NCBI GenBank assembly: GCA_051530055.1
Contig: CM121341.1
Location: 3,567,738-3,631,737, forward strand
From: Neoechinorhynchus agilis
Lineage: Eukaryota; Animalia; Acanthocephala
Direction: 5' to 3'
Length of the DNA stretch: 64,000 nt
The notes below the pieces were generated by a model. It was given only the letters and a program-made list of their open reading frames with translations, was not told the origin of the DNA and did no database searches. Below are positions 25,817-38,025 of this stretch, piece by piece (the stretch's first letter is position 1; each line of letters opens with the position of its first letter). Both the position numbers and the translations under genes were made by a program.

Positions 25817-26696
25817 TAGGTCTTGTCAAATTACTTCCTTTAAGAAATGTTGCTAAGAGTGGATTTATGAGACGCGTTTTATGTGTTTTAAGTGCATTGT
25901 GTTCGTTGATTCATGTCTGACTCAATAGCTTCTTACATTGAGTTCAAAAGACTTAAAAAATAAATTCATCCGTGACTCACACTGATTCACAACAGTGGGG
26001 AAATTTTTTATATCCAAGAATCACTTTAATTCACTGGACTTCTTCAGTCAATTATTGTTTGTTAGTAATAGATGCTATCGATCTCCTCTATTACTAATTG
26101 ACCGAAGAAGTCCACTGTGATTGGACGAAATATTTCTATTAAAGTCAGTCTTTGATTTAAATTTTTTACCCACTTCCACGTACTCATGGATTTTATCTTT
26201 AACTGCTGCATTACTTTGCGGCCAAAAAATAAAGCCAAATTCGAGGTTGTTGTGTAGTGGCCATTTTTAATACAGTTCATTTTAGGCATAAACTTTAATG
26301 GATCATCAAAAAGTAAAAGAGAATATCGACACTCTCGAGTAACAACCTTTTTGTAATTTTTTTCCACATAAATCGTCAAGAATTTATATTTTTTTGAATT
26401 TGTAGAGCTTGTGTAAGATTTTCAACGTTCTTTGGATAGAACATCCATTGCCTCCTTGGGCACACATCAGAGAAGTGATTGAATCATTGAGACACTGATG
26501 CATGCGGTAAAGAGTTTGTTGTATGCATCTCTCCATATTCTCAAATACCTCACGAGGAGGCAGGACTCATCAGTGAGTTTCCTCTTCCCTTCAGCGAGGT
26601 ATTTCGTCTCCTTTGGTTGTGAGTGTCATCGGCAATTGTAGATTTGAATTATTTGACCCTTAAACAGGAATTTACGGTTGAACACTTTCAAATTGA

Positions 26697-27200
26697 TTCT
26701 TTGGCAACGCCTCAACGAAGAAAATTAATAACGTTGTTTACAAACAAGTGTTTAAATTTTCGTATTGTTTTACTCTTTGGATGATTTTCGGCGTGAAAGG
26801 AAGGAAATTTTGATTTGCATGGAAAAAAAGTACCTGATTTGATCTTGAAAAATCTTGAATTAAAATCAACAAATTCTGCTTTGGCTATTGACGCAATCTC
26901 AGATCAAAGATCAATCAATTTTTTTTAAACAAAAAATTGAATGGGCTTATTAATTGTCGAAAAGCGTTTTTATTCGCGCAAAGCAATGAAAGGATCAGGA
27001 AATATTGTCATTTTAGTCAAACTTCCAATGCGCAAAATAATTGTGTTTCCGATAATAAGTGGAAAGGAGAATTTATCAATTGAAATGCAAATCATTGGAC
27101 TTATCGGTTGTAAATCGATCTCGATTATTTGCGCGGTGGTGAACAACATTTGAGTTTTTTAGAATTATTCCTTGCTCGCCGATAGCGAACTAATCGTAGC
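26697..27200. repeat. Dispersed duplication, copy 2, directly preceding the satellite
   Basis: Matches 22685-23240. Confidence 0.9.
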
Positions 27201-27221
27201 CAAGAAGTAAATGTTAACGAT

Positions 27222-30200
27222 AATGCCGAACATAATACACAACAACGGAAGTTTCAATTTTGCGAAGTTTTTGATCATGTTTCAATTATAAAATGCTGAT
27301 TATCTGACTACTCCCTGAATCCAACTCTCCGTAATCACTCGTGAATTCTTCTTTCGAAGAGTCCACATTTTACCCCGAATAATTGGCTTAGCCGTAAAGA
27401 TTCGCTAAAACGTTCCGAACGAACTAATGCCGAACATAACAACAACGGAAGTTTCAATTTTGCGAAGTTTTTTATCATGTTTCAATTATAAAATGCTGAT
27501 TATCTGACCACTCCCTTAATCCAACTCTCCGTAATCACTCGTGAATTTTTGTTTCGAGGAGTCCACATTTTACCCCGAATAATTGGCTTAACCGTAAAGA
27601 TTCGCTAAAACGTTCCGAACGAACTAATGCCGAACATAACAACAACAACGGAAGTTTCAATTTTGCGAAGTTTTTGATCATGTTTCAATTATAAAATGCT
27701 GATTATCTGACCACTCCCTGAATCCAACTCTCCGTAATCAATCGTGAATTCTTGTTTCGAGGAGTCCACTTTTTACCCCGAATAATTGGCTTAACCGTAA
27801 AGATTCGCTAAAACGTTCCGAACGAACTAATGCCGAACATAACAACAACAACGGAAGTTTCAATTTTGCGAAGTTTTTGATCATGTTTCAATTATAAAAT
27901 GCTGATTATCTGACCACTCCCTGAATCCAACTCTCCGTAATCACTCGTGAATTCTTGTTTCGAAGAGTCCACATTTTACCCCGAATAATTGGCTTAACCG
28001 TAAAGATTCGCTAAAACGTTCCGAACGAACTAATGCCGAACATAATAACAACAACGGAAGTTTCAATTTTGCGAAGTTTTTTATCATGTTTCAATTATAA
28101 AATGCTGATTATCTGACTACTCCCTGAATCCAACTCTCCGTAATCACTCGTGAATTCTTGTTTCGAGGAGTCCACATTTTACCCCGAATAATTGGCTTAA
28201 CCGTAAAGATTCGCTAAAACGTTCCGAACGAACTAATGCCGAACATTACAACAACAACAACGGAAGTTTCAATTTGACGAAGTTTTTTATCATGTTTCAA
28301 TTATAAAATGCTGATTATCTGACCACTCCCTGAATCCAACTCTCCGTAATCACTCGTGAATTCTTGTTTCGAGGAGTCCACTTTTTACCCCGAATAATTG
28401 GCTTAACCGTAAAGATTCGCTAAAACGTTCCGAACGAACTAACTCCGAACATAACAACAACAACGGAAGTTTCAATTTTGCGAAGTTTTTGATCATGTTT
28501 CAATTATAAAATGCTGATTATCTGACCACTCCCTGAATCCAACTCTCCGTAATCACTCGTGAATTCTTGTTTCGAGGAGTCCACTTTTTACCCCGAATAA
28601 TTGGCTTAACCGTAAAGATTCGCTAAAACGTTCCGAACGAACTAATACCGAACATAACAACAACAACGGAAGTTTCAATTTTGCGAAGTTTTTGATCATG
28701 TTTCAATTATAAAATGCTGATTATCTGACCACTCCCTGAATCCAACTCTCCGTAATCACTCGTGAATTCTTGTTTCGAGGAGTCCACATTTTACCCCGAA
28801 TATTTGGCTTAACCGTAAAGATTCGCTAAAACGTTCCGAACGTACTAATTCCGAACATAACAACAACAACGGAAGTTTCAATTTTGCGAAGTTTTTTATC
28901 ATGTTTCAATTATAAAATGCTGATTATCTGACCACTCCCTGAATCCAACTCTCCGTAATCACTCGTGAATTCTTGTTTCGAGGAGTCCACTTTTTACCCC
29001 GAATAATTGGCTTAACCGTAAAGATTCGCTAAAACGTTCCGAACGAACTAATGCCGAACATAACAACAACGGAAGTTTCAATTTTGCGAAGTTTTTGATC
29101 ATGTTTCAATTATAAAATGCTGATTATCTGACAACTCCCTGAATCCAACTCTCCGTAATCACTCGTGAATTCTTGTTTCGAGGAGTCCACTTTTTACCCC
29201 GAATAATTGGCTTAACCGTAAAGATTCGCTAAAACGTTCCGAACGAACTAACTCCGAACATAATAACAACAACGGAAGTTTCAATTTTGCGAAGTTTTTT
29301 ATCATGTTTCAATTATAAAATGCTGATTATCTGACTACTCCCTGAATCCAACTCTCCGTAATCACTCGTGAATTCTTGTTTCGAGGAGTCCACATTTTAC
29401 CCCGAATAATTGGCTTAACCGTAAAGATTCGCTAAAACGTTCCGAACGAACTAATGCCGAACATAACAACAACAACGGAAGTTTCAATTTTTCGAAGTTT
29501 TTGATCATGTTTCAATTATAAAATGCTGATTATCTGACTACTCCCTGAATCCAACTCTCCGTAATCACTCGTGAATTCTTGTTTCGAGGAGTCCACTTTT
29601 TACCCCGAATAATTGGCTTAACCGTAAAGATTCGCTAAAACGTTCCGAACGAACTAACTCCGAACATAACAACAACAACGGAAGTTTCAATTCTGCGAAG
29701 TTTTTGATCATCATGTTTCAATTATAAAATGCCGATTATCTGACCACTCCCTGAATCCAACTCTCCGTAATCACTCGTGAATTCTTGTTTCGAGGAGTCC
29801 ACTTTTTACCCCGAATAATTGGCTTAACCGTAAAGATTCGCTAAAACGTTCCGAACGAACTAACTCCGAACATAATAACAACAACGGAAGTTTCAATTTT
29901 GCGAAGTTTTTGATCATGTTTCAATTATAAAATGCTGATTATCTGACCAATCCCTGAATCCAACTCCCGTAATCACTCGTGAATTCTTGTTTCGAGGAGT
30001 CCACTTTTTACCCCGAATAATTGGCTTAACCGTAAAGATTCGCTAAAACGTTCCGAACGAACTAACTCCGAACATAACAACAACAACAACGGAAGTTTCA
30101 ATTTTGCGAAGTTTTTGATCATGTTTCAATTATAAAATGCTGATTATCTGACCACTCCCTGAATCCAACTCTCCGTAATCACTCGTGAATTCTTGTTTCG

Positions 30201-33200
30201 AAGAGTCCACATTTTACCCCGAATAATTGGCTTAACCGTAAAGATTCGCTAAAACGTTCCCAACGAACTAATGCCGAACATAACAACAACAACGGAAGTT
30301 TCAATTTTGCGAAGTTTTTGATCATGTTTCAATTATAAAATGCTGATTATCTGACCACTCCCTGAATCCAACTCTCCGTAATCACTCGTGAATTCTTGTT
30401 TCGAGGAGTCCACTTTTTACCCCGAATAATTGGCTTAACCGTAAATATTCGCTAAAACGTTCCGAACGAACTAATGCCGAACATAACAACAACAACGGAA
30501 GTTTCAATTTTGCGAAGTTTTTGATCATGTTTCAATTATAAAATGCTGATTATCTGACCACTCCCTGAATCCAACTCTCCGTAATCACTCGTGAATTCTT
30601 GTTTCGAGGAGTCCACTTTTTACCCCGAATAATTGGCTTAACCGTAAAGATTCGCTAAAAACGTTCCGAACGAACTAACTCCGAACATAACAACAACAAC
30701 GGAAGTTTCAATTTTGCGAAGTTTTTGATCATGTTTCAATTATAAAATGCTGATTATCTGACCACTCCCTGAATCCAACTCTCCGTAATCACTCGTGAAT
30801 TCTTGCGGCTTCGAAGAGTCCACTTTTTACCCCGAATAATTGGCTTAACCGTAAAGATTCGCTAAAACGTTCCGAACGAACTAATGCCGAACATAACAAC
30901 AACAACGGAAGTTTCAATTTTGCGAAGTTTTTGATCATGTTTCAATTATAAAATGCTGATTATCTGACCACTCCCTGAATCCAACTCTCCGTAATCACTC
31001 GTGAATTCTTGTTTCGAGGAGTACACTTTTTACCCCGAATAATTGGCTTAACCGTAAAGATTCGCTAAAACGTTCCGAACGAACTAATGCCGAACATAAT
31101 AACAACAACGGAAGTTTCAATTTTGCGAAGTTTTTTATCATGTTTCAATTATAAAATGCTGATTATCTGACCACTCCCTGAATCCAACTCTCCGTAATCA
31201 CTCGTGAATTCTTGTTTCGAAGAGTCCACATTTTACCCCGAATAATTGGCTTAACCGTAAAGATTCGCTAAAACGTTCCGAACGAACTAATGCCGAACAT
31301 AACAACAACGGAAGTTTCAATTTTGCGAAGTTTTTGATCATGTTTCAATTATAAAATGCTGATTATCTGACCACTCCCTGAATCCAACTCTCCGTAATCA
31401 CTCGTGAATTCTTGTTTCGAAGAGTCCACTTTTAACCCCGAATAATTGGCTTAACCGTAAAGATTCGCTAAAACGTTCCGAACGAACTAATGCCGAACAT
31501 AACAACAACGGAAGTTTCAATTTTGCGAAGTTTTTGATCATGTTTCAATTATAAAATGCTGATTATCTGACTACTCCCTGAATCCAACTCTCCGTAATCA
31601 CTCGTGAATTATTGTTTCGAGGAGTCTCCATTTTACCCCGAATAATTGGCTTAACCGTAAAGATTCGCTAAAACGTTCCGAACGAACTACCGAACATAAT
31701 AACAACGGAAGTTTCAATTTTGCGAAGTTTTTGATCATGTTTCAATTATAAAACGCTGATTATCTGACCACTCCCTGAATCCAACTCTCCGCAATCACTC
31801 GTTAATTCTTGTTTCGAGGAGTCCACATTTTACCCCGAATAATTGGCTTAACCGTAAAGATTCGCTAAAACGTTCCGAACGAACTAATGCCGAACATAAC
31901 AACAACAACGGAAGTTTCAATTTTGCGAAGTTTTTGATCATGTTTCAATTATAAAATGCTGATTATCTGACCACTCCCTGAATCCAACTCTCCGTAATCA
32001 TTCGTGAATTCTTGTTTCGAGGAGTCCACTTTTTGCCCCGAATAATTGGCTTAACCGTAAAGATTCGCTAAAACGTTCCGAACGAACTAATGCCGAACAT
32101 AACAACAACAACGGAAGTTTCAATTTTGCGAAGTTTTTGATCATGTTTCAATTATAAAATGCTGATTATCTGACCACTCCCTGAATCCAACTCTCCGTAA
32201 TCACTCGTGAATTCTTGTTTCGAGGAGTCCACTTTTTCCCCGAATAATTGGCTTAACCGTAAAGATTCGCTAAAACGTTCCGAACGAACTAACTCCGAAC
32301 ATAATAACAACAACGGAAGTTTCAATTTTGCGAAGTTTTTGATCATGTTTCAATTATAAAATGCTGATTATCTGACCACTCCCTGAATCCAACTCTCCGT
32401 AATCACTCGTGAATTCTTGTTTCGAGGAGTCCACTTTTTAACCCGAATAATTGGCTTAACCGTAAAGATTCGCTAAAACGTTCCGAACGAACTAATGAAC
32501 TAACTCCGAACATAACAACAACAACGGAAGTTTCAATTTTGCGAAGTTTTTGATCATGTTTCAATTATAAAATGCTGATTATCTGACCACTCCCTGAATC
32601 CAACTCTCCGTAATCACTCGTGAATTCTTGTTTCGAGGAGTCCACTTTTACCCCGAATAATTGGCTTAACCGTAAAGATTCGCTAAAACGTTCCGAACGA
32701 ACTAACTACGAACATAATAACAACAACGGAAGTTTCAATTTTGCGAAGTTTTTGATCATGTTTCAATTATAAAATGCTGATTATCTGACCACTCCCTTAA
32801 TCCAACTCTCCGTAATCACTCGTGAAATTCTTGTTTCGAGGAGTCCACTTTTTACCCCGAATAATTGGCTTAACCGTAAAGATTCGCTAAAACGTTCCGA
32901 ACGAACTAACTCCGAACATAATAACAACAACGGAAGTTTCAATTTTGCGAAGTTTTTGATCATGTTTCAATTATAAAATGCTGATTATCTGACCACTCCC
33001 TGAATCCAACTCTCCGTAATCACTCGTGAATTCTTGTTTCGAGGAGTCCATTTTTACCCCGAATAATTGGCTTAACCGTAAAGATTCGCTAAAACGTTCC
33101 GAACGAACTAATGCCGAACATAACAACAACAACGGAAGTTTCAATTTTGCGAAGTTTTTGATCATGTTTCAATTATAAAATGCTGATTATCTGACCACTC

Positions 33201-35737
33201 CCTGAATCCAACTCTCCGTAATCACTCGTGAATTCTTGTTTCGAGGAGTCCACTTTTTACCCCGAATAATTGGCTTAACCGTAAAGATTCGCTAAAACGT
33301 TCCGAACGAACTAATGCCGAACATAACAACAACAACGGAAGTTTCAATTTTGCGAAGTTTTTGATCATGTTTCAATTATAAAATGCTGATTATCTGACCA
33401 CTCCCTGAATCCAACTCTCCGTAATCACTCGTGAATTCTTGTTTCGAGGAGTCCACTAATTTTACCCCGAATAATTGGCTTAACCGTAAAGATTCGCTAA
33501 AACGTTCCGAACGAACTAATGCCGAACATAACAACAACAACGGAAGTTTCAATTTTGCGAAGTTTTTGATCATGTTTCAATTATAAAATGCTGATTATCT
33601 GACCACTCCCTGAATCCAACTCTCCGTAATCACTCGTGAATTCTTGTTTCGAGGAGTCCACTTTTTACCCCGAATAATTGGCTTAACCGTAAAGATTCGC
33701 TAAAACGTTCCGAACGAACTAATGCCGAACATAACAACAACAACGGAAGTTTCAATTTTGCGAAGTTTTTTATCATGTTTCAATTATAAAATGCTGATTA
33801 TCTGACCACTCCCTGAATCCAACTCTCCGTAATCACTCGTGAATTCTTGTTTCGAGGAGTCCACTTTTTACCCCGAATAATTGGCTTAACCGTAAAGATT
33901 CGCTAAAACGTTCCGAACGAACTAATGCCGAACATAACAACAACAACGGAAGTTTCAATTTTGCGAAGTTTTTTATCATGTTTCAATTATAAAATGCTGA
34001 TTATCTGACCACTCCCTGAATCCAACTCTCCGTAATCACTCGTGAATTCTTGTTTCGAGGAGTCCACTTTTTACCCCGAATAATTGGCTTAACCGTAAAG
34101 ATTCGCTAAAACGTTCCGAACGAACTAATGCCGAACATAACAACAACAAGTTTCAATTTTGCGAAGTTTTTGATCATGTTTCAATTATAAAATGCTGATT
34201 ATCTGACCACTCCCTGAATCCAACTCTCCGTAATCATCGTGAATTCTTGTTTCAATCCACTTTTTACCCCGAATAATTGGCTTAACCGTGATTCGCTAAA
34301 ACGTTAACGAACTAATGCCGAACATAACAACAACAACGGAAGTTTCAATTTTGCGAATTTTTGATCATGTTTCAATTATAAAATGCTCTGACCACTCCCT
34401 GAATAACTCTCCGTCGTGAATTCTTGTTTCGAGGAGTCCACTTTTTACCCCGAATAATTGGCTTAACCGTAAAGATTCGCTAAAACGTTCCGAACGAACT
34501 AATGCCGAACATAACAACAACAACGGTTTCAATTTTGCGAAGTTTTTGATCATGTTTCAATTATAAAATGCTGATTATCTGACCACTCCCTGAATCCAAC
34601 TCTCCGTAATCACTCGTGAATTCTTGTTTCGAGGAGTCCACTTTTTACCCCGAATAATTGGCTTAACCGTAAAGATTCGCTAAAACGTTCCGAACGAACT
34701 AATGCCGAACATAACAACAACAACGGAAGTTTCAATTTTGCGAAGTTTTTTATCATGTTTCAATTATAAAATGCTGATTATCTGACCACTCCCTGAATCC
34801 AACTCTCCGTAATCACTCGTGAATTCTTGTTTCGAGGAGTCCACTTTTTACCCCGAATAATTGGCTTAACCGTAAAGATTCGCTAAAACGTTCCGAACGA
34901 ACTAATGCCGAACATAACAACAACGGAAGTTTCAATTTTGCGAAGTTTTTTCATCATGTTTCAACTTAACCGTAAAATGCTGATTATCTGACCACTCCCT
35001 GAATCCAACTCTCCGTAATCACTCGTGAATTCTTGTTTCGAGGAGTCCACTTTTTACCCCGAATAATTGGCTTAACCGTAAAGATTCGCTAAAACGTTCC
35101 GAACGAACTAATGCCGAACATAACAACAACAACAACGGAAGTTTCAATTTTGCGAAGTTTTTTACCCCGAATAATTGGCTTATCATGTTTCAATTATAAA
35201 ATGCTGATTATCTGACCACTCCCTGAATCCAACTCTCCGTAATCACTCGTGAATTCTTGTTTCGAGGAGTCCACTTTTTACCCCGAATAATTGGCTTAAC
35301 CGTAAAGATTCGCTAAAACGTTCCGAACGAACTAATGCCGAACATAACAACAACGGAAGTTTCAATTTTGCGAAGTTTTTGATCATGTTTCAATTATAAA
35401 ATGCTGATTATCTGACCACTCCCTGAATCCAACTCTCCGTAATCACTCGTGAATTCTTGTTTCGAGGAGTCCACTTTTTACCCCGAATAATTGGCTTAAC
35501 CGTAAAGATTCGCTAAAACGTTCCGAACGAACTAATGCCGAACATAACAACAACAACAACGGAAGTTTCAATTTTGCGAAGTTTTTTATCATGTTTCAAT
35601 TATAAAATGCTGATTATCTGACCACTCCCTGAATCCAACTCTCCGTAATCACTCGTGAATTCTTGTTTCGAGGAGTCCACTTTTTACCCCGAATAATTGG
35701 CTTAACCGTAAAGATTCGCTAAAACGTTCCGAACGAA
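27222..35737. repeat. Satellite array, unit about 203 bp, about 42 copies, variable (AAC)n tract
   Basis: Unit GCCGAACAT(AAC)nGGAAGTTTC...CGAACGAACTAAT; starts at 33521, 33724 and 33927 give a period of 203. Confidence 0.98.
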
Positions 35738-35824
35738 ACTCTCTCATGGTTGATGTTTCTATGGAAACCGGATTTTGTTTTAAAGAGTATTGTAGAATTG
35801 TGACTCCAAATGTGCACAAGACCT

Positions 35825-36088
35825 ATGCCGATAAAAGAAATCGAGATATTCCGCCGAACCCATAGTCTCAAAGTCGGTGATTCTGAGTATTACGTAACGA
35901 TGGAGTGGCATCAGGAACCAAAAGTGTATCACCTGATGGCTGCACTTCAACTTCATTTCAATGTTCCCAAATGTAATCTTCTTGTTTTCTACGACGAGCA
36001 TCGATTGGATTTGTGTTTTAATGAAACTTTCTGTGAGTTGGGAGTGCCGGACGGTGCATTGTTTCATGTCCACCAGTGTCATGAATAA
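35825..36088 (+). CDS. Small protein with a possible ubiquitin-like fold
   Basis: C-terminal LLVFYDEHRLD..ETFCELGVPDGALFHV resembles the end of a beta-grasp domain. Start could be 35810. Confidence 0.45.
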   Translation: MPIKEIEIFRRTHSLKVGDSEYYVTMEWHQEPKVYHLMAALQLHFNVPKCNLLVFYDEHRLDLCFNETFCELGVPDGALFHVHQCHE

Positions 36089-36153
36089 AGCAATTCAAAG
36101 ATATTTTTGTCGTGTTGGATTGCGGCTCGAACCGAATAACGTTTTATTTAAGT

Positions 36154-36595
36154 CTAAATTCCAAATTTATCCATCAGTTTCTTAGCGTTTTCTCTAAAAG
36201 CTTCGTTTTTGCTCTCAGCATCCTCAGCTTCCATTACCACTTTATTTGCACTGACACAAAGTTCTTCTACTTGAATTAAGTGCGCTTTTAAGATGCAGCG
36301 TTTCAAACGAGTAGCCGTGACAAAACCCCTTAGAGTGCATCGGATGAACACACTGCGAATATATTGCTTCCACAAGAGCCACCTCCACTTCCTTTACTCG
36401 CTCGCTTTCTAATTTGACTTCCTGAGCAAGAATACCATCCAATGCTTCATATAACTCCTCAAGTTCCTTTTGCTTTTGAACCATTAATTCCCTTAGCGTT
36501 GAAGCATTCACTTCTTCATTCGCTTCATCTGAATTCTCGAGACCAACTGAACCGTTTTCATTCTCGTCCTCGGAGAGACGCTCGAGTTCCACCAT
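36154..36595 (-). CDS. Hypothetical acidic coiled-coil protein, about 122 aa, two exons
   Basis: ATG preceded by TTTCATAG. Two overlapping ORFs are joined by removing 73 nt, giving EVALVEAIKAHLIQVEEL. Confidence 0.6.
36290..36362 (-). other. Putative non-canonical hairpin intron (73 nt, TA-bounded)
   Basis: GCAAT|ATATTC...CATCTT|AAAAGC; stem GCAGTGT/ACGCTGC plus TTCA/TGAA. A 31-nt GT-AG alternative exists upstream. Confidence 0.45.
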
Positions 36596-36845
36596 CTATG
36601 AAAGATTAGAGATTATTTTTAATCGTTTATGGAACATTTTAGTAATAATAACATGTTAGGATAAATGAATGTGACCACATTGATTTTGGAATGGATTACG
36701 AGTCCGGTCGGGATTAATGGTTTTTGTGAGGTTAAGTCAGTCCTCCGGTTCATTTCAGGTTAAATAAATTTTTTAGATGATTTTAGAAACGAAGAATTTT
36801 TTGTTAAGTTTCAATATTATTCTAAAAACACGAGGATTTTTTAAA

Positions 36846-37170
36846 GTTTTCAAATCTCATTCTCTTTGGATCAATATCTTCTAAAGTTCTTAAGGAAAAA
36901 AATCTCATTTGTAGTAAAATTGATTTTCTGTTTCTCAAAATATTCAATAATAATTTTTGTCTCTAGTTGCAACATTTGAGAGTTACAAAAATGTTTAACA
37001 AAAAAGTGGAAAAGCGAGGATCTTTTAATGTTTTCAAATCTCATTCTCTTTGGATCAATATCTTCTAAAGTTCTTAAGGAAAAAAATTTCATTTGTAGTG
37101 AAATTGATTTTCTGTTTCTCGAAATATTCTACAATAATTTTTGTCTCGAGTTGCAACATTTGAGAGCGGA
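36846..37170. repeat. Tandem duplication of about 180 bp next to the tRNA
   Basis: TTTTCAAATCTCATTCTCTTTGGATC occurs at about 36848 and 37031. Confidence 0.8.
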
Positions 37171-37192
37171 AAGGAGGGAAGTTTTCGCTGCC

Positions 37193-37264
37193 AGGTCCCG
37201 CCGAGAGTCGAACTCGGGTCGCTGGATTCAAAGTCCAAAGTGCTAACCACTACACCACGGGACC
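37193..37264 (-). tRNA. tRNA-Gln, anticodon TTG
   Basis: GGTCCCGTGGTGTAGTGGTTAGCACTTTGGACTTTGAATCCAGCGACCCGAGTTCGACTCTCGGCGGGACCT: 72 nt, full cloverleaf, close to the animal tRNA-Gln consensus. Confidence 0.97.
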
Positions 37265-37693
37265 TGATGAACCCATTATGATAGTCCACAATAAAGCTGC
37301 TTCTATAAAATCCCATGGACTGAATGATTTCAACGGATGAATTGACAATGCTGATTGAGACTGAAGAACGCAATAAAAAGAAGTTTTCGAAAATCATTGC
37401 TCGGAAGTCAAAATGAGTTTAAAAAATATACGATTGCATCACTTATAGGATATTTGTATTCGCAGTGAGATCAAAAAATTTAAAATTAAGACAAGCAATA
37501 TTTAACATATATTAATCTTAGATAAATATTTCCAGAAAACTAAAGCGACAAATTAGTAAATTTAACGTTCCAAATGAGGCAATTTTGCGTTTTTTTAACA
37601 GACAGAAAATACTTCCATTAAGCAAAAGATTAATTGATTTAAGACATTTAAAAAGAGCAGAAATCTAGATTTTAAAGTACAATTAAAATTTCA

Positions 37694-37830
37694 GGTCGTA
37701 GCTATAATACTAGCAGCGTTCTCTCGCTAGACAGTCGTGTTTATCCTCTGAGGTCGCTTCCGTCATTCGTTCAATAGTTTAGAGGCCGACTCCACGAGCG
37801 CTCCATAGGTCTCAACGCCCGTATTTTGCA
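37694..37830 (-). mobile_element. 3' fragment of CRE-like retrotransposon
   Basis: GVETYGAL and ENAASIIAT remnants. Confidence 0.55.
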
Positions 37831-38025
37831 ACTTCCCACCGCTGATCCTACCTTGGCGGAACGCAATTTTCATCGATTCGCCACATACAAAAAGCAGCCA
37901 AGATAACGCGTCCTCGATGCCGGCAATTTTAAGAGAATAATTTAAAAAAACTAAAAGAAAATTAACTTCTTTAAAATCCCTTTTGATTTTTCAGCATAAT
38001 CATCCCACATTTGCCGAACGCCTAT

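Noticed and set aside
27222-35737. CRISPR array, or the repeated ORFs MIKNFAKL...
   Set aside because: Whole units repeat with no unique spacers and no cas genes. The ORFs are by-products of the satellite; the same applies to ORFs at 62836 and 63547.
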